Of a stretch of DNA of 64,000 nucleotides, positions 30,150-39,856 are shown piece after piece (position 1 is the stretch's first letter; every line of letters begins with the position of its first letter). Location: NCBI RefSeq assembly GCF_009914755.1, contig NC_060933.1; one strand, written 5' to 3'. The stretch comes from the human T2T-CHM13v2.0 reference genome, Homo sapiens. The notes beneath the pieces are model-generated. The model saw nothing but the letters and a program-made list of their open reading frames with translations. It was not told where the DNA came from and searched no databases. Both the position numbers and the translations under genes were made by a program.

Positions 30150-33100
30150 AATTAGAAAATGATACCTGTGAGACTACAAAATTAGTCTCAACAAATTTTT
30201 CAAATTGTAATCATATCAAGTATATTCTCAGGCTATGATGGAATAAAACAAGAATTCAATACCAGAAAGAACTTTGGAAACCATACAAATACATGGAAAT
30301 TAACATGCTCCTGGATGACCACTGGGCCAAAGAGAAAATTAAGATGAAAATTAAAAATTTTCTTGAAACAAATGAAAATGAAAATACAACATCCCTATAT
30401 TAGTCTGTTTTCATGCTGCTGTTAAAGACGTACCTGAGACTGGGCAATTTACAAAAGAAAGAGGTTTAATTGGACTTACAGTTCCATGTGGCTGAGGAAG
30501 CCTCACAATCATGGCAGAAGGTAAGGAGGAGCAAGTCCCATCTTACATGGATGGCAGAAGGCAAAGAGAATGAGGAGGACGCAAAAGCAGAACCCCCTGA
30601 TAAAACCATCAGGTCTCGTGAGACTTATTCACTACCATGAGAACAGTATGAGGGAAACAAACCCCAGTGATTCAGTTATCCCCAACAGGTCCCTCCCACA
30701 ACACATGGGAATTATGGGAATACAATTCAAGATGAGATTTGGGTGAGGACACAGAGCCAAACCATATAATTCCACCCCTGGCCCATGCCAAATCTCATGT
30801 CCTCACATTTCAAAACCAATCATGCCTTCCTAACAGTTCCCCAAAGTCTTAACTCATTTCAGCATTAACTCAAAAGTCCACCGTCCAAAGTCTTGTCTGA
30901 GACAAGGCAGGTCTCTTCCACATATGAGCCTGTAAAATCAAAAGCAAGCTACTTATTTCCCAGATACAATGGGGATACAGACACTGGGTAAATATAACCA
31001 TTCCAAATGGGAGGAATTGGCCAAAACAGAGGGGCTACACGGCACATGCAATTTCAAAATCCAGTTGGGCAGTCAAATCTTTAAGCTCCAGAATGATCTC
31101 CTTTGACTCCATGTCTCATACCCAGGTCACACTGATGCAAGAGGTGGGTTCCCATGGTCTTGGGCAGCTCCACTCCTGTGGCTTTGCAGGGTACAGCCTG
31201 CCTCCTGGTTGCTTTCATGGGCTGGCATTGAGCATGGGCTGGCATTGGCTTTTGCAGGCGCACAGTGCAAGCTATTGGTGGATCTACCATTCTGGGGTCT
31301 GGAGGACAGTGACCCTCTTCTCACAGCTCCACTAGACAGTGTCCCAGTAGAGACTCTGTGTGGGCTCTCCAACCCCACATTTCCCTTTTGCATTGCTCTA
31401 GTAGAGGTTCTTCATGAGAGCTGTGCCCCTGCAGCAAACTTCTGCCTGGGTATCCAGGCATTTCCACACATCTTCTGAAATCTAGACAGACGTTCCCAAA
31501 CCTCAGTTCTTGACTTCTGTGTACCCGCAGGCTCAACACCACATGGAAGCTGCCAAGGCTTAGGGCTTGCACCATCTGAAGCCATGGCCAGAGCTTCAGG
31601 CCCCTTTCAGCCATTGCTTGAGTGGCTGGGACGCAGGGCACCAAGTCCCTAGGCTGCACACAGCACAGGGACCCTGGGCCAGGCCCTGGAGACCACTTTT
31701 TCCTCCTAGGCCTTGGGGCCTGTGACTGGAGGGACTGCTGTGAAGACCTCTGAGATGCACTGGAGACATTTTCCCCATTGTCTTGGGAATTAACATTTGG
31801 CTCCTCGTTACTTATGCAAATTTATGCAGCCAGCTTGAATTTCTCCCCAGAAAATGAGATTTTCTCTTCTAATGCATTGCCAGGCTGCAAATTTTTCAAA
31901 CTTTTATGCTCTGTTTCCTTTTTAAAACTGAATGCTTTTAACAGCACCCAAGTCACTTCCTGAATGCTTTGCTGCTCTGAAATTTCTTCTGCTAGATACC
32001 CTAAATCAGCTCTCTCAAGTTCAAAGTTCCACAAATCTCCAGGGCAGAGGCAAAATGCCACCACTACCTTTGCTAAAACGTAACAAGAGTCACCTTTGCT
32101 CCAGTTCCCAACAAGTTCCTCATTTCCATCTGAGACCACCTCAGCCTTGACTTTATTGTCCGTATCTCTATCAGCATTTGGGGCAAAGCCATTCAACAAG
32201 TCTCTAGGAAATTCCAAATGTTTCCACATTTTCCTATCTTCTTCTGAGCTCTCCAAACTGTTCCAACCCCTGTCTGTTACCCAGTCCCAAAGTTGCTTCC
32301 ACATTTTCAGGTATCTACTGTAGCACCCCACTCTACTGGTAGCAATTTACTTTATTAGTCTGTTTTCATGCTACTGTTAAAGACATACCCAAGACTGGGC
32401 AATTTACAAAAGAAAGAGGTTTAATTGGACTTACATGTGGTTGGGGAAGCCTTACAATCATGGCAGATTGTAAGGAGGAGCAACTCCCATTTTACATGGA
32501 TGGCAGCAGGCAAAGAGAATGAGGAAGACACAAAGGTGAAAACCCCTGATAAAAACCCTCAGATCTCATGAGACTTATGCACTACCAAGACAACAGTATG
32601 GGGGAAACCATCCCGAAGATTCAATTATCTCCCAACAGATCCCTCCCACAACACGTAGGAATTATGGGAATACAATTCAAGATGAGATTTGGGTGCGGAC
32701 ACACAGCCAAACTATATCAGTCCCCACACCTGTGGAATACAGCAAAAGCAGTGCTAAAAGGGAAGTTTGTAGCAATAAATGCTTATATCAAAAAAGTAGA
32801 AAGATTACAAATAAACAATCTAAAAACATACCTCAAAGAACTAGAAAAGGAGGAACAAACCAAACCCCAGATTTGCAGGAAAAATAAAGATATGAGCAGA
32901 ATAAAATGAAATACAAACTAAAAAATATACAAAGAAGCAACCAAACAAAAAGCTGGTTATTGGAACATATAAATGAAATTGATAGACAATCTACCAAGAC
33001 TGAATAAGGAAGAAATAAAAAACCTGAACAGACCAATAATGCATAATGAGATGGAATCAGTATTAAAAAGTCTTCCCAAAGGAAAAGCCCAGGACCAGAT

Positions 33101-33670
33101 AGATTCACAGCAAAATTCTACCAAATGTACAGAAAACTAATTCCAATCCTCTGGAAACTATTCCAAAAAATTGAAGAGGGAATTCTCCCACAGTCATTCC
33201 ATGAGGCCAGCATCACCCTGATACCCAAACCAGACAAAGTCACAACAACAATAACAAACAACAAAAATAAAACTGCAGGCCAATATCCCTGATAAACAGA
33301 GACAAAAAATCCTCAATAAAATACCAGCAAACCAAACCCAACAGGACAAGTGCGATTTATACGAGGGAAGCAAGGATGATTCAACATATGCAAATCAATA
33401 AATGGGATATATAACATCAAGAGAATGGGCGCAAAAAACCATATGATCATCAGTTAAATAGAAGGAATAAATTCAATGTCTGGTAACAGAATAAGGTGAC
33501 TATAGTTAAATAAAAAACATATTGTGCTTGGTTGTGGGACATCCTAAATACCTTAACTTGATCACTATGCATTCTATACATGTAACAAAATTTCACATCA
33601 TATGCCCCATAAATTTGCACAAAAATAAAATAAAGATAAAAAATAAAGAAAATAAAGTAAAAGAAAAAGT
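30150..33670 (+). mobile_element. L1MA (about MA4/5A-like) with internal deletions, split by THE1
   Basis: ORF2 sequence at 30150-30395 resumes at 32725 (LWNTAKAVLKGKF) and runs to about 33450 (aaccatatgatcat). It then jumps to an L1MA 3' UTR and A tail at 33450-33670. Confidence 0.88.
30396..32719 (-). mobile_element. Full-length THE1 (A/B-like) MaLR provirus: 5' LTR 32351-32719, internal 30770-32350, 3' LTR 30396-30769
   Basis: Two direct LTRs of about 370 bp, a 1581-bp internal region, PPT ccaggggtggaa adjoining the 3' LTR, and 5-bp TSD atccc/gtccc (one mismatch). Confidence 0.96.
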
Positions 33671-33942
33671 CAAAGTTACTTATGCAAATTACTGAAAGGC
33701 CTAGAAAGATCATACATGTATAAAAGTACCTAGAATTCTAGCAATGCTATATCTGAAATAATACATTATGGGTGAAAAGAGGAAGCCTTCCCAATACTCC
33801 ATAGAGACTAAAAAAACTGGCATTCCTTATTTGGTAAAGGTGATTTGACTACTGCTCAAAAATAATTGTTCCTCATATTTTCTGCTGCTGATTCATACAC
33901 TAGATTGAATACTCTCCAAAGAGACCACACATCCCTTCTTTC

Positions 33943-34796
33943 TGTGATATTATGAAATATATATTTGGTCTTCCTCCCCATTCCTGGCATACAACTTCTG
34001 AAATCCTTGGAATCTTCAAAGTGATAGTGTCTTTTTGTATGCTAATTAGTTGACTGATGGCTGGCAGCCTCTGGCTGCCTGAAAGAATGAGACTGAGACT
34101 GGCAACTGGAGAGACCAAGGCAGGATTAGAGGGGTCAACTTTCAGCCTCAACCCCCAAACTCTGAGGGAAGAGGGGCCAAAGAGTAAACTGATTACCGAT
34201 GGCCAATGATGTAATCAATCACGCCTATGTAATGCAGTCTCCATAAAAATCCAAAAGGACTGGGTTCAGAGAGCTTCTGGATAGCTGAACACATGGAGGT
34301 TCCTGGAGGGTGGTAGGCCTGGAGAGGGCATGGAGGTTCTGTGTCCCTTCCCGTATGCCTTGACCTATACATCTTTTCATTGGTATCCTTTATAATGTCC
34401 TTTATAATAAACTAGTAAATGTGTTTCCCTGAGTTCTGTGAACTGCTCCAGCAAATTAATAGAACCGGAGGAGGGGGCTGTGGAAATCCTGATTTGTAGT
34501 CAGTTTGTCAGATGTACAGGCAAAATCACCCAGGTCTTGCAACTGGCATCAGAAGTGGGGGGCAGTCCTGTGGAACTGTGTCCTCAACCTGTGGAATCTG
34601 ACACTCTCTCCAAGTAGAGAGTGTCAGGATAGGTTGCAATTAGAGGACACCCAGCTGGTGTCTACTGCAGAATTGACTGCATGCTTAGTGGGCTGGGGGA
34701 AAACCCCCACACAGTTGGTCACAGAAACGTTTTGTGTTGATTATTGTTGAGTGAGAGAACAGAAAAAACACTTTGTTTTTTTTCCTTATATTTACA
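33943..34796 (+). mobile_element. MER21 (B/C-like) solo LTR
   Basis: Begins TGTGATATTATGAAATATATATTTGGTCTTC and ends TTTACA; ctttc direct repeat on both sides. Confidence 0.85.
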
Positions 34797-36069
34797 CTTT
34801 CTTTTCAGTCTTTTCTGGCTCAGCCACGGGCTCATAGGAAGCCCTTCATAAGCCTCTCCACTGTGGTCAATCCACAGGCCTCCTTCAGCTCTATTACCTG
34901 AACGACAAAGCGCACTGTTTGTGGCCTTCTTCAGAATGAAGAGAGGCAGCTGACATTCTCTTGTAAAAGATGAGCAAACACAAACTCAGAGGATTTATTC
35001 TTGGAATTGTAAAATTTCTGCATTTCAAAAAGAGACTCCCATCAATATTTTTGTTTTCTCTGGTCTAACAGACATACTATGAAACTCATTGAATTAACAT
35101 TTCCAAAGACGCTGAGTTCCTCTCATGGGAAGCCACTGTCATAAAGTACCACTGGCTCATTCAACATGCCATAGTAAAACACCACTTCCCGTAATAAGTT
35201 AGATCAACATTAGGTGATGTAGTGTGCTGCTTAAATCACTGAAATAATGTGTCATTCAGATAATATTTCAAAATAAAAATGGAACCTTGTTAGATTGAGA
35301 GAACTTGCATTTATTTTATTTTATGATGGTAAGGATCAAAGAACTTGACGCTAACTGGGTAGATGTGGTGGACCTTTCCTGACTTCTGACAGTGACTCAG
35401 CCCATTTTTTTTTAGCATGTGAAAGCTAAGTAAATGATGAATCAATGCCCGCAAGCAGGAAAAGATGCCAGTTTCCCACTAAAAATCGCACAGTGTGATA
35501 AACCTATTTCCGTTAAGAAAACTGCTGGAGTTTTTACTGGGGGATTTCCCAGGCAAACAGAGGCAAAGATATACAAACCAAAAGCGGAAGGTAAGCACAT
35601 TTCCTCTTAGTGTTTTTATGCTGGACACTAACGCAAACCTGGTGAATAAGTCAGGGCTGTTTCAAGTCATCTTCCTTTCCAAACCTGATTGGAAGAGAGA
35701 ACCTGCCATACTCACACTTGCCCACTCCAGCTGGGAAGGCAAGGGATGGGGCACACGTCCAGTAGGGGAGAATATAGCAGCAAGGCAAAACCACAAAGTG
35801 CAAATGTCCATTTCATTCTCCCATCATATAAAGTACCTCCTTCCTCTCCATTTCCCCTTCCATGATTATTTACATTATCAACCCCTATGATCATTTAACA
35901 ACATCCTCTGACTTCCAAACTGAATCACTCAGCTATGCCAAAGCTGCCTGTCTTTATTTTAGTATCCACAGCTATGAAAGGCCTGTTTCATGCCATATAA
36001 CTTACTAGGCACTTTATCTACTTAGTTTATTTAATCCTAATTCCCCATAAGGTGCAATCTAAATCTCAA

Positions 36070-36606
36070 AAAAGCTAAGAAACACCACATCATCTATGTG
36101 GTATTCCCACCAAAAATATTTACAATGAATCTGTTTAGGATAAAACAATTACACAAATCCAAACCATGGAACCCTGGAACACTGTGTAAAATAAATGTCC
36201 CGAGTTCTTCAAAACTGTCAATGTTCTGAAAGACAATAATAATAACAATAAAAAGCTGGAGAACTTCATTAGAGTCAAGAAGATGAAAAAGAAATAAAAA
36301 TTAAATGCACTGTGAGATCCCTATTAGATCCCTGAATCACAAAAAGGAAAACAAACAAAAATCTCCAGCTATAGAAAACATTATTCACAAAATTTGGGAA
36401 ATCTGAATAGCAAGTAACCATTAGAGAATAGTATTATATCAATGTTAAATTTCCTGAGTATGATTATTATATTGGGTTTATGTAGGAGAATGTCCTTCTT
36501 AGGAGATCCCTACTGAAGTAATTAGCAGTAAAGCTCAGTGATATCTGCAACCATCTGTCAAATGGTTCTGCAACAATAGGCAGGAAAACAAAGAATCACC
36601 AAAGTC

Positions 36607-36637
<31 letters not shown>

Positions 36638-37110
36638 GAAAGAGAAGGAAGGGAGGGAGGGAGGGGAAGGGAGGGAGGGAGGGAGGGGAAGGGAGGGAGG
36701 GAGGGAGGGGAAGGGAGGGAGGGAGGGAGGGGAAGGGAGGGAGGGAGGGAGGGGAAGGGAGGGAGGGAGGGAGGGGAAGGGAGGGAGGGAGGGAGGGGAA
36801 GGGAGGGAGGGAGGGAGGGGAAGGGAGGGAGGGAGGGGAAGGGAGGGAGGGAGGGGAAGGGAGGGAGGGAGGGGAAGGGAGGGAGGGAGGGAGGGAAGGG
36901 AGGGAGGGAGGGGAAGGAAGGAAGGGAGGGAGGGGAAGGAAGGGAGGGAGGGAGGGAGGGAGGGGAAGGAAAGAAAGGCAAAATATTGACAATGGGTGAA
37001 TATGAGTGCCAGGTACATGCATGGGTATTCATTGTACTATTCTTGCCATTCTTCATATGTTACAAACTTTCAAGAGGAGGAATAAAAAATACAAAATGTT
37101 AAAAAAAGAC
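36070..37110 (+). mobile_element. Ancient L1M (ME/MC-like) 3' region hosting the VNTR
   Basis: ttcttcaaaactgtcaatg, tatcaatgttaaatttcctga, tatgtaggagaatgtcctt, gatatctgcaac, attcattgtactattcttgc. Confidence 0.8.
36607..36978. repeat. 372-bp pure purine tract: (GA)n plus higher-order [(GGGA)3-4GGGGAA]n VNTR
   Basis: No pyrimidine on the plus strand from 36607 to 36978. Seven perfect 22-mers at 36669-36822 and three perfect 18-mers at 36823-36876. Confidence 0.97.
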
Positions 37111-37689
37111 AAACACACAAACCTCAAGCAGCAGGAGCAGCTAAGGAACTTGCCCACAGCCAAACAGTTAGCAACTGTCAGAACTGAGATGCAAATTTCA
37201 GGCATTTGGGGTGTGATATTGTTGTCTTTGACTCTGATAATAATTAAAATCTTTTTCTACATGTATTCTTTTAAAGGCTGCGTACAAAAAGGAGACTCAA
37301 TGATCGTTTTTGTCTTATATTCTTGTTAAGAGTTGTTATGACTATAGATAAGGAGGTGCAGTGAAGGGAGGTTCCGATTGATCATTCCTGAGCTTCACGA
37401 CATTGTGGATGGAGTAAGATTCTCAGCCAGGCAGAATGAAATGTGATGATGAAAAGTCCGTGGCTAATATCATTTAGAACCAAACAGAAAACTATATAAA
37501 ATGCATTTTTTTAAAAAAAATCTTAATTTATAGGAATATATCAGACAAGTGGAAGAAAAGATTTTCTGTCTGCAACGTCTGTGAACTTAATGGATGGTTA
37601 TCATTTGCGCTGCTTTGCTGACAGATCTTGTGGGAGGAGGCTAATGATTTGTTTACACTTTACCTTGTGCATAGAACTGTTTTTAAAAA

Positions 37690-38670
37690 GTCCAGCATCT
37701 TCTGATTCATATTGCTAATTGCCAATCAGACATATCCACATGGATCTTTTATAATCACCTAAAGTTCAAACTCCTAAAGTCAGTTTATTATTCTGTCTTC
37801 TTCCCCTTCTCCTCCACTCAACATTGTTTTTTCCTCCACACTACCACACTCTTTTTGTATTTTTCAGTTTCTATTAATGACACAATCTTGGTATCTAGGG
37901 GTAAAACTTATAAATGAATTTTGGTCCCTCCTCTTTGCTCCACATATATATTAATGATTAGTAATTCTGCCTCCTAAATAATTGCTCTTGAATAAATTCT
38001 CCATCCTCACTGCTTTGCCTTGCTTCAAGTAACCATATTGCTCACAAGGCCTCCTGCAATATTCTTCTCCTTGTTTTTCCCGTCTCTCCTTCCAGGTTCA
38101 GTTACTCAACTATCTTGCCACCTGAATTCTTTTGCTGTAATGTCAATCTGATTGTGTTTCTCTCTTAACAAAGAGCCTATAATGGTTCTTCACTCCTAGC
38201 AGGATAAGGGGCAAATTCCTTAGCATCAAATACACAATTCCCACATAAGCCAACCTAATATTATCTGACTTCATCAGCCATGTATGCCTGGATGCTGTCA
38301 TCCCAAGCTACTGAGACCGTCCCTGACGGTGTCCTTTCTGTTCCTCACATCTTGGATATGTTCTTCTTGCTGCCTGGGATGCTGTGCCCCCACTGAGGCA
38401 TCCAGAAGAGCCTTAGTCTTCCTTCAATGCCTACATCACTGTGTCTTTCTTTCCCTCACCCCCGAGACAGATTTAGAGACATCCTCTTTAGGCTCCTGTG
38501 GGATCTCTATTACATCATTTAACCAAACAGCCTTATTATACTTCATTTGAATGCCTGTCCTCACCATTCAAACCTGTAAGGGCAGGAGCATATTTTAATA
38601 ACTTTTTGGACTCCAGCATCCAACACAGTGTCTGACACATAGAAGGTATTCAACGGACATTCATTAAACA
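37690..38670 (+). mobile_element. L2
   Basis: gacatatccacatggatct...ctgcctcctaaata...aggataaggggcaaattccttagc...acacagtgtctgacacatagaaggtattcaa. Confidence 0.8.
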
Positions 38671-39687
38671 AAATAATATTGATAAAGGAAGAAAGTCATA
38701 AACAGTAAAATATATATGGTTTATCAGAATTAAAACCACATATTACCAAACTCATAGGTCAGGCCAACAATGATGGAACCTGATTTCACCAGTAATCTCT
38801 AAGTTACAAAACTTTTATTCCTGCTGCCTATTCAACCCATTATTTTGTTCAACAATTGCCAGAACTTCTTTCTCCTCTGGATGTCTGGGAGTAACCAGGT
38901 AGGTCAACTCAAGCCAGATGACAAGTGGAGAGAGGTGACAAGAGGTGTGTTGGACAGCTCGGAGAGGACTGAAGCATCCAACCTCCTTCCAAAGCTACCT
39001 GTACTGATGCAGCCATACACTTGCCCTTGGGCAAGAGAAGTTCATTACAGCCTGCTCCACAAAAAGGGGAAGGAGATGGAGAAGCAAGAGATGCAGACTC
39101 TTATTTTGGTTTGTGGTACACAGAAGCACACGAGATTGGGAAACAGAAGTATGAAGGGCCTCGAAAGGCCTCTGGGGCCAATAAAGAATTCAGGAGTAAA
39201 AATATCATGAAGATCATGGTTGTTTAAAAATTTTCTCCCAGAAGTCCTTTGTGAGACAGATATTAATATAAAGTATTCAATGAGCAGCCTACATAAAATC
39301 CTGTGCCTTAACAATACTGATTTTTGTGGCGAGGGCACCATCTGACATCGGGAAGTGTTTCGACCTGCATATACATTACCTTAAAATTGGGTCTCTGAAA
39401 CAGACCGATGAAAGGTAGAAAGACAGGGAAATTCTGGTGTGTTTCCAGCATCTGAAACTTTGGCTGGCTATTGCCAGTATCATTTCATTTGTTTTCCCGT
39501 GGAAAAATGAAACAGATAATGAGATATTTGGTCCACGTGCTTTGTGTATGTACTTTTAAAATGTCACCTTTGGGTAACTCAACCCACCAACGGATTATTA
39601 ATAAAATTCAGCAACTGTCAAGGCACTTGTCTGTGAAGGGAGGTTTGGCGGCGACACCTATTAGGAGAGAGAGACAGATGGCCTTAC

Positions 39688-39856
39688 CTCTCAGCTCCTG
39701 CGTCCACAGCTGTGAGTGGAGGTAACTGGGAGGAGGGGTTGTGAGGGCTCCCCTGTACATTATGTCCTGGAGAAGGGTGACTGACAGGATGTGGGGGTGG
39801 TACGGCCCCAGCAGCTGTTCCACTTCGGCTTGAATAATTGCTGGAGAAAATGGGAG
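39688..39856 (-). CDS. GLIS3: GLIS3 coding exon 8 (APIFSSNYSSRSGTAAGAVPPPHPVSHPSPGHNVQGSPHNPSSQLPPLTAVDAGAER)
   Basis: Acceptor tttgttctcccttgatttcag|CT and donor GAGAG|gtaagg. 169 nt, phase 1 to 2. G+CT gives Ala across the exon 7 junction. Confidence 0.97.

Noticed and set aside
31081-32909. ORFs up to 169 aa in THE1-int and a THE1-LTR/L1 ORF2 chimeric ORF
   Set aside because: Decayed MaLR and L1 sequence with stops and frameshifts; no expression signals.
36535-37056. Three long Pro/Ser/Leu-rich minus-strand ORFs (137-173 aa)
   Set aside because: Artefact of the stop-free (TCCC)n repeat being open in all frames.
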